Shown here: one piece after another, positions 1 to 14,160 of the stretch
Position numbering within the stretch: the stretch's first letter is position 1
How the letters are laid out: every line of letters starts with the position of its first letter
Source: the human T2T-CHM13v2.0 reference genome, Homo sapiens
DNA length: 64,000 nucleotides
Assembly: GCA_009914755.4 (NCBI GenBank)
Contig: CP068257.2
Location: forward strand, 38,752,001 to 38,816,000
Reading direction: 5' to 3'
Notes under the pieces: generated by a model
Told to the model about the DNA's origin: nothing
Databases searched by the model: none
The model's input: the letters and a program-made list of their open reading frames with translations, nothing else
Program-made: the position numbers and the translations under genes

Positions 1-284
1 TTTTTTGAGATGGAAGTTCACTCTTGTCACCAGGCTGGAGTGCAATGGTGCCATCTTGGCTCACTGCAACCTCTGCCTCCTGAGTTCAAGCAATTCTCCT
101 GCCTCAGCCTCCTGAGTAGCTGGGATTACAGGCACCCACCACTATACCTGGGTAATTTTTGTATTTTTAGTAGAGATGGGGTTTCATCATGTTAGCCAGG
201 CTGGTCTTGAACTCCTGACCTCAAGTGGTCTGCCTGCCTCGGTCTCCCAAAGTGCTGAGATTACAGGTGTGAGCCACCACGCAT
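1..284 (-). mobile_element. Alu SINE, reverse orientation; the poly-T (tail) side is cut by the window edge
   Basis: The window begins with TTTTTTGAGATGGAAGTTCACTCTTGTCACCAGGCTGGAGTGCAATGG and runs to GGATTACAGGTGTGAGCCACCACGC, which is the reverse complement of the Alu dimer consensus from right monomer to left monomer. Confidence 0.93.
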
Positions 285-353
285 ACCACAAATACCAATA
301 GTTTCTATTGGAATTTGACATTTCAAGGATTTTATGCATTTTTTAAAATTTAG

Positions 354-1426
<1,073 letters not shown>

Positions 1427-1489
1427 TATATATATATATATATACACACACAGTAGTATATATACATATATATATATACACACACTAGT

Positions 1490-1520
<31 letters not shown>

Positions 1521-1545
1521 CATACATATATATACACACTAAGGC
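1427..1545. repeat. (TA)n / (TATATACACACA)n simple repeat directly after the L1 poly-A
   Basis: Visible tandem TATATATATATACACACA blocks. Confidence 0.9.
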
Positions 1546-1827
1546 ACATCTGTTCTCTTAGAGCTTAGGATAAAAAGTACATATGTAAAGTATTTAGAAA
1601 TAATTATTTCAGTTGTATAAATGCCTTACATTTTTGTTATATTTCAAGAATTTCTATAAATTTTCAAGAATTATAAAAGAATTTCATACTTTTATTTTTC
1701 TCTTATACTGAAAATAAAAATAAAAATAACATAAACATAATCACTTTTCACTTATCCCACTATATATGCTACTATAAATAAAAATGAGTATCTATAATAT
1801 ATAATATATAAACAAATATATTTAATG

Positions 1828-2340
1828 TGATGATTAATATTGAGTGTCAACTTAATTGGATTGAAGGATGCAAAGTATTGTTCCTGGGTGTGTCTGTGAG
1901 GGTGTCACCAAAGGAGATTAACATTTGAGTCAGTGAACTGGGAGAGGCAGACCCACCCTCAATCTGGGTGGGCACCATTAATCAACTGCCAGTATGGCTA
2001 GGATAAAAGCAGGCAGAGGAACATGGAAAGACTAGACTGGCTTAGTCCTCCAGCCTACATCTTTCTCCCGTGCTGGATGCTTCCTGCCCTTGAGCATCAG
2101 ACTCCAAGTTCTTCAACTTTTAGACGCTTGGACCTTCGACCACAGACTGAAGGGTGCACTGTTGGCTTCCCTACTTTGAAGGTTTTGGGAATTAGACTGA
2201 CTTTCTTTCTCCTCAGCTTGCAGACGGCCTATTGTGGGACTTTACCTTGTGATCACGTGAGTCATTACTCCTTAATAAACTCTACTTTATATATACATCT
2301 ATCCTATTAATTCTGTCCCCCTAAAGAACCCTAATACATA
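1828..2340 (+). mobile_element. Solitary ERVL/MaLR-class LTR (MLT/MST-like)
   Basis: It starts TGATGATTAATATTGAGTGTCAACTTAATTGG...GGGTGTGTCTGTGAGGGTGTCACCAAAGGAGATTAACATTTGAGTCAGTGAACTGGGAGAGGCAGACCCACCCTCAATCTGGGTGGGCACCAT, continues through CAGCTTGCAGACGGCCTATTGTGGGAC...CTTAATAAACTCTACTTTATATATACATC and ends CTAATACAT. These are hallmark motifs of mammalian apparent LTR retrotransposon LTRs (TG...CA ends). Confidence 0.6.
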
Positions 2341-5300
2341 TATAGAGACTAGACTCCAATTTTTACCTTCTAGACACTACTAACCTTTCAGAAGAGTTGC
2401 TCATCTTCTCGGAGTTTCAGCAATCTCCTCTAAAACTGTCCCTACTGAAAAGGCAGTCCTCAATACCAAACTCACTTCTTGTGGCTGTTTTCCTCTGGAA
2501 TTTGGTCCTGTAAGTTTTCACTCTAGCTCCTAACAGCCATGAGCAGATGTTTTTTACACATTTAACAAGTCTTTCTAGTTATCCTCAGAGAAAGAATGAC
2601 TTGTCCAAATAACTAGCCCTAGCACAGAAATCAAGACCATTTTAAAAAATATTAGGTCAGTTTGTCTATTTTACTGACTTTTTTTTTAAAGAAAAAACTT
2701 GTTTATTACATTTACTGTTCTTTTGGTCTATTTTCTATTTCATTAGTCTGTTTATATTCTCCCTTAGAAGTAACTTGAACTTATTTTCTGGCTGTCTAAA
2801 TGATATTTTTCTTTATCTTTACAGCTCAAAAATTTTATTAGACTATGTTGCATGTTGACCATTCTGGGTCCATTTTTCCAGGTAGGGTTGTGCCATTTTA
2901 ATATGTAGTCATTATGCATTCTTTTTAATGACAGGAGACTTTTTTTGAATTAGTGTTTTATTATTAATACTTATTCTCATCAATTGCTTGGCTTTCTTTT
3001 TAAGAGAATTTAGTTATACATGTGTTTCATCATCTTTGTCAGACATCTATACATTTTTAACTCTATTTGTCTTATTCCTTAATATTTTTGATTTCCCATA
3101 TTATGCTTTCTGTTGTGTTTATCCTCTGATGTGTTCCCTGTCATTTCATTTTAATTTTAGAACTCTTCATTTTTCTAACTTTTTCCAAAATATGCCACTT
3201 TTTGTTTCACAGATTTGTGTTGTTTCATCATTTTATTTCTGATTTATACTGCTCTTTCAAAGCTTTAATCATTTCAAACAAAAAAATATAGTTTTCATAT
3301 GATTTGTCAGTATTTTTTGTAGTTACTTATAATCAAAACTTTTTTAAAAATTTTCATTCTTTTTCTTGTGATAAAGTTGTGTTGGGTTAAATCTTTTTCC
3401 TTTTTGTTTCATTTTACAATAAGATAGAGATTCTTAGTTAATTAGGAGAAGGTTCCTGCAGGAGAGGATGAAATGAGTATATTTTTCCAGTCTTCTCCCT
3501 TGATATTACCTTCAAGGACTCGACATTTAGCCCATCTCTCAGAGCTATATGGGATTGAACTGTATGGGCTTCCACTTCTGGCCATGTGTTTCCTAGAACA
3601 CTGTTTTTTACATTCTAAGGCTGTGCGTGTTGTATTTTCTTTTGCAGTATTTCATAGGATGGAATTCTCTAGGGCCTCCCCTGGTTCCCGAGCCTTCTCT
3701 GTTACTCTTTGTATTCTACTCTGGCTCAATTTGATTTCTAAATTGAGCCGTTCCCCTGAGAGTGAGTCTCTGTTCTTCTGAAAGGAGTACTTGCTGAGTA
3801 CTTCCACTATCTTCAAGGACATAGACCATCACTGGCCTGTGCAAACATTACCAGCCACTCTAATGGCCTTGTGACTCATCTCCAACCTAGACCTCATGCA
3901 GTTCTATCCCAGTGTTGTGAGGACTCTAAGACACAAAGAATTCTCCTCTGCTTTTGGAGATGGGGACCCGTTGGTTATTTGCAGTTTTCTGACACTACCA
4001 TAAACCCAACAGGCTGACCCCTTCTACTGCCTTCCACCTCTGCTGCTGGTCCTGTTGTTGCCAGTAATCCAGTTGTGTTGAAGGTGCCATCCATGTACTT
4101 TTTTCTTTGTCATCCTATTTTATCTGTGTTGGTTTCAGGAGGAGTTTGGGGTCAAACACCAACATGTTTCCACCATGACCCAAACTCCAGATGTACATTT
4201 TTCAGTATATTTAAATCTAATTTAAAATGAAATTAATTTCTCTTTTCCTTCAAAGCTTGACATGTTAGAAATGCATTCTGTATTCAGTGTCTACAGTCTC
4301 ATCTTTTAGCATTAACAAATTTCTTCCTCAACTGCTTTATTAAAATTTCAATGACAAAAAATATTGAGTTATTTTCCACATATGGTAGACTCTCATATGA
4401 GCCTTTTTGTGGCATGTGACTCTGTGGACCCCTCCCTTCTCCTGGCATCTATCACCTCCCTGTCTTCATCTATACTGTTAGTCCTGAATGCTCAGTCTTA
4501 TTCCTTGGCTACTTTTCGGCAGGTGGCTTAGTGTATGATATTCCCTGGCTGGATTATACATTGTTGCTCTCACTTTTCCAATGCTCACTAGGCAATCCTA
4601 GGACTCCCATGGTGACAAAATGCTTGTGACTACTTCTGTCCATTTTTGAAACATTAGTGAATCACTCCAAAACAAAAAATGAACAAACATCGTGGGATTA
4701 AGGAAAGTAAACTTGCCTTTCCAACCCTGAGAGATACATTTAAAAATCAACACTTGATGATTCAGCATGAAGATAAAAAAGGTCACCTGAAACAGAAAGA
4801 CGGGCTCTTAGATCATCACCACTTATGTCATCATTTGGAGGGAGAAATGCTTATTTACTAATTTTGCGAATCCCAAATTAATTTTATATCAGGATCCCCC
4901 TCCTACCTCGAATCCTTCCCCTTTCTTTTCTGAACATGCCATTAGAAAATTTCTCTTTAACACAAAGAGGACGTTTTCTAGGATTTTCTGAATAAGCAGA
5001 ATATTGTGCTCTCCTTAAAGCTATCATGGACTAAGATGATAGTTATTATTCATTTTCTAATTCATTTTTCCCCCAAAAGACATGATAACTATAAAAGCAA
5101 GGGAGAAAATAGCAATTGACTTGTAAAAGAACAGATAAAGAAACAAAAATACTTGCAAGTTCAAAGGAAAACTAATTTAATTCTGACTTGTATTTGTGCT
5201 GGACCTTGAAAGACTATTGGCTATTTTGAAGATGTAAGTGATGAAGAGAAAAATCCCAACAGTACATTATCAAGGACAAAAAGTGGGTGCTCAGGCAGTG

Positions 5301-5787
5301 ATGTTTTAAATTATTCCAATGTTCAACAAGTTCCCTTCACTTCTTCCCATAAAGCATTATTACAAATAAGGTACTTCTCAAATATTGATAGCAAGCAACC
5401 TTTGGTCACTTCCATCTCACTATTACAACCTTATAGGATATTTACCACAGGGGGGCAATTTTATATTCTTCAGCTACAAAGGCAAAGGTTGGGTATTTTG
5501 TATTTGGTTTTATAATCAAATCAAATGCAATTTGACTGCATTTGAGATGGATATTTGGGATGGAGATGGATCTTTCACTCCTAATGTGCTCCCTGAAATG
5601 CTAACGCATCATTATGTGAATGTGTCAATTACTGGTTTGACAAATGTGAAATCTGTATTTCTATGAAATTGTACTCATATTCATTTAAAAGAGTTTTAAA
5701 ATTCCTAAAATATTTTGGAAAAGGAATTGAAGGCTCCATTTTAGTGGCAACACTCCACAATTTTGATTGAGTCGTCTCAGGACACTA

Positions 5788-6158
<371 letters not shown>

Positions 6159-7350
6159 AATTAAGGGTCCAAGCTGTTTTAATTTTTTGACTAGCCTACA
6201 TTAAGGGTTTTTAGTCCTTATGCTATACAATAAATATATACTTAGCAAATCTAACCTCATAAACTTTTTTTTAGATCATGCATTTATCTTACAGCAACGA
6301 AGTTGTCATATAATTGGTATATACCGAACACAGAAGATTTTCTTGGATCATTACATTTCCCTTAGAATGTGACAAATTAAGGGAATATTAACTTTTTGTT
6401 GCACATCTCTAGCTTATGAAAGTATAAACTTTTGCCTCAGTTTAAAATGTTTCAATAAAAGCACAAAAATATTAGACTACAAAGCAATAAAATATTCTAC
6501 AAACTTCCCCTAAAAAGGCTGTCTTATTTCCTCACATTAATAACCAATATTTATCACTATATTCTATGACACATATCAATTCTTCCCAGATTCAGTGTTT
6601 TAGAATACTCTGTTATTTCTTAATCACTAATTTTTAAAGGGACTGTTCAAATCACTAACAATAACAATTTTCACCTCAAGAAAAAAAATTCATGATCAGT
6701 CATTCCCCATTATGTCAGCACAAAACAATGTCCTATCTGTAACCTCTAATTTTTACCGGTAAAGCTTCAGTTGAACAGAAAGGGCCAACATTGAGATCAA
6801 ATATCAGTGTTAGTTTAAGAGGGCAAAAATGTTTTTTTCCCTTTGAAAATGTAACTTTTAAAGATATTTTTCGCTGTTCAATTTTAATTGGCTGATAAAA
6901 CAAGTTGGAGCATAAAGGTAAAATGTAAATGATCATCGTAAGTGGATTCTATAATTTCCCTAAGATAATAAAATTTCTGGTCTTTTACTTTAAAAAAAAA
7001 AAAAAAGTAGAGCTGAGAGTGCCTCATTGCACCTTCCCGGTGGGTAACTCAGTACACCTCCTGCCACCGTTAGACTCTTCTATGGGCTATTTCTGCATGT
7101 GATGTGATTCCACTAGAAAGAATGTGATTTTTATCTTTGAAAAAAGACTAAAATGCCAAATAATCAACTTTTATTGCTTATTTTTCTCAGGTTCAGTTGA
7201 AACATCCTTTAGTTTATTTCAGTCAGAATTTCCAGGAGTCTTAGCTTCATTGCTTTTGAGCTTTACATATTTAAATTGTAAAGATAATTTCTTGGTCATT
7301 TTCTGCAGTAACTACACATCATGCATAGGTCAGTTTCTCAGATAAATTAA

Positions 7351-7694
<344 letters not shown>

Positions 7695-10504
7695 TGAATT
7701 ATCATGAGTTAGGAGTAATTCCAAAGAACACAGATGTGAAAAAGATCATAAAATAACAGAGCAAATACTGACCTTGTATAAGCTTTTCAAAGGAGCGCAA
7801 ATTAATTATTAAAGGTAGTATAAAATATCTTTAAAGTAATATCTATATTAACTTTCCAAACAATTCCAGTTAGACATTTAGTTTAAAATATGCCATAAAT
7901 AATGCTAGCTATTAGAGAAGCTGAAAAATCTCCTAATGCTGTATATTCCAGATAATTTTGCTTTATTATTCCCCAAAATGAAAGCAACTAAAAATACCTT
8001 TTACCACTTGTCATGTGTCATCACACACCAGCCTTTCTTATGATACACATTGTGTATAATGGAAACATTATTTCTCTTTCAATATATTTTGCATACTTAC
8101 ATAATGCTTTAATAATCAGTTCCTTTAAAGTACAGTTTGATAGACAGAAAGGAAAGTCAAAAAAAAAAAAAGATGATGTATGTAATTCCTGTCACCTTCT
8201 TAGCGTGGAGTATTTTCATTAGAATTGATAGGCCATGAGTGGTGGCAAAATACAAGTGGGAAGGATTTTGTGTGCCATTTTCCAGAAAGGTTGAGAAATG
8301 CACACAGATAGCAGCAGCCTGCATTATTACTGATTCCAGAGAGGGCTCTATTCTCTAGGAACATTTTGTTCTTGTAATATCTAACATTTTTTTCGTTTAC
8401 CCACTTACGTTAAATAAGGCTTTAGGGCGTATCATTTCAGAAGAACTTGAACCTTTGATTGTCTTAAGCATTTTTTGAGATGTTTACAGGAATGAAGGAG
8501 TTGACATTAACTGAGTTTCTGTGCGTAAACCCATTTAAGCCTAGCGTTTCATTATTGGAACGCTAAGCATGTGGCAATTATTTATTTCCTGCTGCTCAAG
8601 GTCATTGCCAAGGTCTGATTGCAAAAATTTAAAAAATTGCAACCTCAGGCATAAATGGGTTAATTTGACCTCCTTTGTCTAGTCCTTCATTTCTCAATTT
8701 ATCTCATCTTGAAATTGATCAACATTTTAAAACATAAAATAAGGTTGAAAAGTAGGATCTTTTAATTATGAGAGGAACAGGTAAGTCCAGGGTCCTTGGG
8801 TACAGTCTCAACTCAGGAGTCCTGTGGAACTATCAAGGGACAACAAGGACACAGCTAAGTCATTAGAGCACCAAATATGTCAGCCCTGTGGTAACAAGGA
8901 ATCATTTTAACTGCTCCCTAACTTGCCACTGTACCCCACTTGCTACCTTATGCCACCAAAGGTTTCCATGTCATATGGATTAAATGGTTTGTTCATGTCC
9001 TTCAATGGGATTAATGGATGTGCTTCTGTTAAAATAGGCAAATGTTTAAATACAATTTATTGGCAGCAAAAAGTGCAAACACACAATTCTGTCTCATTCT
9101 GTCTCCCTTTGTGTGTCTTTCTGTTTTATTTTCCTTGGAATACTATTAGCATTTTAACCGGACACAGTTCTAAAACATAGTTCATACTTTTTGTCATGTT
9201 AGACACACTGCAATTTAGAGCCTACTGAACAGGGAATGATTTTTGGATTTTGAGTCATCATTTTGGACATCGATTATTGAGCCATGCTGCTCAGTTACCA
9301 GAGGGATGTCTCAGAAGCTATGTGGCATCTCAAGATGCATGGAATGGTCCCAGACTGCCAGATGTTCAAGTCTCTGAGCTTGTCTTTATTAGCTTTTCTG
9401 CTTCCTCCTTTACTATCCAGCTGTTATATGTTACTTCCCTTTGTTATCAGTATCTTTGTCAACACACAGTGTGATGCATTCAGTATGCTGAGAGTTAGAA
9501 AACAGACATATCAAGGCTTTTAGGACTTTGTATAAACTAAGAGTAAATAGGTTATGAGCAAGTAACATAGTGGTTTTCCAACATCAGTTAACATGAGCTT
9601 ACATGTTAGTGCCACTAAAATAAATCCAGCGCTTGGTGTCAGTTCAGTCAGCCTGGTTAAGATTAGCATAGGGGCCAGTGGGATATTTCTATGTAGGGAC
9701 ACAAAACTACCAAAGAAAATGGGGCATTAGCCCAGTAGGAAAATGTTGCAGAAACCCTCAGATTTGGAGTTCTACAGCCACGTTCTTCCCATTGTCACGG
9801 AGCTGAGCCGCAAAAAACACTCATAGAGCAGTGGGTTCTGAAACTCAGGCACAACACCATTTTGGGTTTTCTTCAAAGGCAGATATTAAAATAGCAGCAG
9901 TTCTAGAAATCTATTTTGCTGAACTATGGGTTGTTAATGCTGAAAGTCAGATCTTTAAGATCTGAGCCGCAGAAAGCAGGCATGCATGATCTCCAGAAAG
10001 AGGCACATCAGAGTTGATTCTAGAAACCAGCAGGTGTTATAGGTGGTCAGGAAACAGAGCCAAGTGATGCACCCATTCGTTGGACCAGCACTGTCCTAGG
10101 CTCCAGAAATGCAAAAAGGAGAGAGACAGCCCCTATCTCTAGGGAGCTTATAATCTAAACAGATTTGAGCCTTTGGGTTTAGGAACATCCCAAGAAGTTG
10201 AGGAAAAAGGATAGAAGGGAAGAACCTGGAGAGCAATCAAGGAAGTGGCATTGTCCTTGTCTCCCTGGGATGAAGGGGCTACTGATACCCAGGGAGGAAA
10301 ACTGGTATTTATCCCCATACCTGCTTTTATCCTTGTGTGTTATTCTAATACAAATACTTAATTTTATATGTTAAAGTCCTCATCATTAATGTGCTTGTTC
10401 AATCTTCTCAGCTAACTTTTTCTTGTTCTTATGAAGAATCAAATTAAAAGATTTTCCCTGGTTTGAGGTGCAATAAGCTCATCCACTTTGAGAGATTTCT
10501 CAGT

Positions 10505-10680
10505 GTGGAAGAAAAAACCTGGGCTTTGGAAGCCAGTGGATCTGAACTACAAAACGGTCCTTGTCCCTTTCCAGCTGTGTGGCCTCAGTCTAGTCATTTA
10601 ACTCTAAACTTTGCTTTCTTCATCTAGAAAAAAGAGAGATGATGAGTAATCTCTTTGTTCTGCTGTTGAAGATCAAATTA
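10505..10680 (+). mobile_element. MIR SINE (ancient mammalian-wide)
   Basis: GGGCTTTGGAAGCCAGTGGATCTGAACTACAAAACGGTCCTTGTCCCTTTCCAGCTGTGTGGCCTCAGTCTAGTCATTTAACTCTAAACTTTGCTTTCTTCATCTAGAAAA matches the MIR core ...TGGAGCCAGACTGCCTGGGTTCGAATCCCGGCTCTGCCACTTACTAGCTGTGTGACCTTGGGCAAGTTACTTAACCTCTCTGTGCCTCAGTTTCCTCATCTGTAAAATGG. Confidence 0.6.
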
Positions 10681-11349
10681 AAATGCATTTATGTCATCTA
10701 GCAGATAGTCATGCATCTACTGCACAGCAGAGTGACTAAGCTGAATAATAATGTATTCTATATTTCAAAATAGCTCAGAGAGTAAATTTCAAATCACAAA
10801 AAAAGGGATAAGTGAGGTGGTAGATATGTTCATCATCTTGATGTAATCATTTCACATCGTGTATACACATAGGTGTGTATATATAGACACATACAAAATC
10901 AACACATTGTACCCAATAAATGTATATAACTTTTCAATTGAAAAAAATATTAATAAATAAAAAATTAAATTGGTATCTATCCTAGTAAATGCCATGTTTG
11001 TTATTCTGCTGTTCTGGACAATCCACAGGTGTATAAAATGTAGCCTTTGTGAGCCAGACAGGGAAGATCCCACTGACATAAACATAGCAGGGCCCCCTTT
11101 CAATTGCTTGTTTGCTTACTTATGAAAGGCAACCGCATATATTAAAGAAAGCATCTGAGTGGTAATGATGTAGATGAATTTTACATCATAATTCTGCCAT
11201 TTGGAGCTATTTCACCACAGGCAAAATATTTACTAAACCTCTGAGCCAATGTCACATGACAGAGCATTGGTAAACATAGAAAGATATACTGAGTCCATGG
11301 AGTATTTTTGTATACCCCAGTGAAAGGCTTGGGGAAAGGAGGATCACAG

Positions 11350-11700
11350 ACATCTGCTATGAACTGAATGTTTGCATCTGCACAAAATTTATATGATGAA
11401 TTCTTAATCCCCAATATGACAGTATTTGGAAATAAAGCTTTTGGGAAGTAATTAGGTATAGGTGTGATTATAAGGGTGGGACCAGACCTCACTTTCTCTT
11501 TCCGCCCTGTGGGATCGCAGTGAGAAGGCGGCTGTCTGCAATCCAGGAAGGGAGCCCCCATCAGGCACCAAATCTGCCAATACCTTGATCTTGGACTTCC
11601 CAGCCTCCAGAACAGTGAGAGATAAATTTTTGTGGTTTAAGCCTCCCAGTCCATGCTATTTTGTGATAGTAGCCCAAGCTGACCAAGATATTATCTTCAG
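11350..11700 (+). mobile_element. MaLR LTR (MLT1-like), forward orientation
   Basis: ...TTAATCCCCAATATGACAGTATTTGGAAATAAAGCTTTTGGGAAGTAATTAGGTATAGGTGTGATTATAAGGGTGGGACCAGA...GAGAAGGCGGCTGTCTGCAATCCAGGAAGGGAGCCCCCATCAGGCACCAAATCTGCCAATACCTTGATCTTGGACTTCCCAGCCTCCAGAACAGTGAGAGATAAATTTTTGTGGTTTAAGCCTCCCAGTCCATGCTATTTTGTGATAGTAGCCC follows the MLT1 consensus theme. ORF 11181..11561 (-) is LTR-derived. Confidence 0.65.
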
Positions 11701-13094
11701 AAGTCTTTTCCACAGTAGAAATGGATATTCACAGAAACTCAGGGACTTTCCCCAAAATCATTATCATGTTACTTGAACAATTCTCCCTGGCATATCTGTT
11801 AGTATCTGAGTATAAAAAAAATATCCTGAAGTTCTCAAAATTAATCATTTCTTGTCCATCATATTTTATCTAACAGGAAGGCCCTCTGCTTCTACCTCCA
11901 AAATATATCCTGAATCCATCCACTTTCCTCCCTCAACACTGTACCACACACATCTAAGGATTGTAGCTTTCAAACTCTCTGTGTCCACTTCTGCTTCCCT
12001 ACAATTTAATCTCTATTCAACATGCATGAGCATTTAGCAATATACATCATTTAGTGCCTTGATGGAATCCCACTAGACCTAACCACTTATGATGGTCTAT
12101 GATAGTTTGGGCTTTGGCCATATCTCCAAAAGCTTCCACTCCACTCTCTCCTTCTTCCACCATACCCAGGCCATGCTGTACTTCTTTTAATTGCTCTGAC
12201 TGGAGGCTCTGAGCCCAGATCTCTCCCTGGATGGGTCCTTCTTGTCATCCTGGCCTCAGTTTTTAAGTCAAATTTCCAGCAAAGTCACATGATCATGGTC
12301 ATTCATGATGAGAGACTTGGTTTTATTATACCTGTATGTGACGTTATCTTGTACATGTGCATGAGATTGGTTTAACATTTCCCTCCTTCATCTAGAATAG
12401 CAAGAACTCATTTTGTCTTGTTCAACATTTCATCTCCATTACATAGAACAGTACTTGGCTATGACATCCTAAAATATTTGTTGAATGCATGCATGGGTGG
12501 ATGAAACAGTCTATTATTGCTTGTATTCAAAACATCCTTTCCTAGGTCTCAGTAAAAAGAAAGCTAAAGTACCTTTTTTTAGATTTCGGCACATTTCCTC
12601 ATGTAGACTGCATAAAAAGAGTTTGTTCTCCTCCAGAGATGAATATATTCTTATATGAAAATGAGCATATTTTAAGATTGTGATGAATTATTCTTTCATT
12701 ATGCTCCCTGGCTTTTTACTGTGTGGTTAAGCTGTTAGATCTTCAGTAAAGGCAATACTATTTGGGGGAAGATTTTAAAAGCATATGTCATTTTTCACTT
12801 AGAGAAATATATCTTAGAGCTCTTGTTGTTGTGTTTTTCCTATTGCAGTCTATATGAATTGAGTTAATAGCAATTGAAAGAAGAGATGGCTCTGCTAATA
12901 AGATGTTAAATGGTAGCACAAGCACGATGAAGCTTTTCTCAGCTGCGCCTGCCGTCGCCAATTGATGGCCACACTGTGTCATGAAACTCAGCTTTCTTCA
13001 AAGCCGTTTCAATAACAGTTTCTGAAATATTAGAGGAACATAAGAATTAAATCTAAGTTCTAAGTATATAGCATTAGAAACCACATGATCCTCT

Positions 13095-13570
13095 TAGCAT
13101 TAACTAAAATAGAAGTGGAAATAGAAGATATATATATATCTATATCATATATATCTTATATAGATATCTATATATCTTATATAGATATCTATATATCTTA
13201 TATAGATATCTATATATCTTATATAGATATCTATATATCTTATATCGATATCTATATATCTTATATAGATATCGATATATCTTATATCGATATCTATATA
13301 TCTTATATCGATATCTATATATCTTATATCGATATCTATATATCTTATATAGATATCGATATCTATATATCTTATATAGATATCGATATCTATATATCTT
13401 ATATAGATATCGATATCTATATATCTTATATAGATATCGATATCTATATATCTTAGATATCGATATCTATATATCTTATATAGATATCGATATCTATATA
13501 TCTTATATAGATATCTATATATCATATATATCATATATATCTTATATAGATATCTATATATCATATATAT
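13095..13570. repeat. AT-rich minisatellite (about 23-bp unit ATATCTATATATCTTATATAGAT with ATCGAT-containing variants), about 20 copies, near-palindromic
   Basis: Direct reading shows repeated TATATCTTATATAGATATCTATA / TATATCTTATATCGATATCTATA units containing the palindromes GATATC and ATCGAT. ORFs 13085..13456 (+) and 13145..13564 (-) are repeat artefacts (IYISYID... / RYIDIDI...). Confidence 0.9.
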
Positions 13571-13711
13571 GATATATATAAAGGATTACATGCAGGCATG
13601 AACGAGCTACAGATATTTCCTGAGCAATTGAGTTGCCAGATAAAAATATGCACATGTTGAAAGCTGCATATAAGAGAAAAGAAGAGCCCCCTAAAGAGAA
13701 GACATCTAACC

Positions 13712-13960
13712 TGACGTTATGAGCTGAATTTCCCCCTTCCTCAAAAATTTATGTTAATGTCCTAACCTGCAGTACCTCGGGATGTGACTTTATTTGGAAA
13801 TAGGGTCAGTCACTGCAGATGTAATATCTTAAGATGAACTCATACTTGGATAGTGTGTGCCCCTAATCCAATGTGACCGGTGTGTCCTTATAAAAAGGGA
13901 AAATTTAGATAGAGACATGGATATTAACATGAATCCTAATCAGAGCCAACAGGTTCTAGG
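13712..13960 (+). mobile_element. MaLR LTR fragment, 5' portion (MLT1-like)
   Basis: GAATTTCCCCCTTCCTCAAAAATTTATGTTAATGTCCTAACCTGCAGTACCTCGGGATGTGACTTTATTTGGAAATAGGGTCAGTCACTGCAGATGTAATATCTTAAGATGAACTCATACTTGGATAGTGTGTGCCCCTAATCCAATGTGACCGGTGTGTCCTTATAAAAAGGGAAAATTTAGATAGAGACATGGA matches the MLT1/MST 5' region (...tgtgtccccccaaaattcatatgttgaagccctaaccccc...gtgatggtatttggagatggggcc...cttataagaagagg...). Confidence 0.55.
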
Positions 13961-13989
13961 TGGAGGCTACCACTGCTTTCGGCATTATT

Positions 13990-14160
13990 TATGTTATGAC
14001 ACATTTAGTTCTTACAATGACCCCAAGAGGAAGATACTGTTATTCCCATTTTTCAGATGAGAAAATTGAGAAACAGAGAAGTTCAGGGACTTGCCCCAGT
14101 TTATACAACTAGAAGTATCTGTGCCAGGATGGTGCCCTGGCTTGCTGGCTCATGCCCTCA
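13990..14160 (-). mobile_element. MIR SINE, reverse orientation
   Basis: TGTTATTCCCATTTTTCAGATGAGAAAATTGAGAAACAGAGAAGTTCAGGGACTTGCCCCAGTTTATACAACTAGAAGTATCTGTGCCAGGATGGTGCCCTGGCTTGC is the reverse complement of the MIR 3' half (tattatccccattttacagatgaggaaactgaggcacagagaggttaagtaacttgcccaaggtcacacagctagtaagtggcagagccgggattcgaacccagg). Confidence 0.6.

Noticed and set aside
3480-4030. Pyrimidine-rich segment with a 102-aa ORF (3473..3781) and repeat-like feel
   Set aside because: No identifiable family, no splice-site context, and the ORF is hydrophobic low-complexity. Most likely a decayed ancient repeat.
13085-13564. Tandem array that could superficially be read as CRISPR-like, plus two long ORFs (123 aa + strand, 139 aa - strand)
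   Set aside because: The units are contiguous with no unique spacers and are pure AT-rich and near-palindromic, which makes this a minisatellite. The ORF translations (IYISYIDIYIS..., RYIDIDIYIRYID...) are periodic low-complexity artefacts of the repeat.
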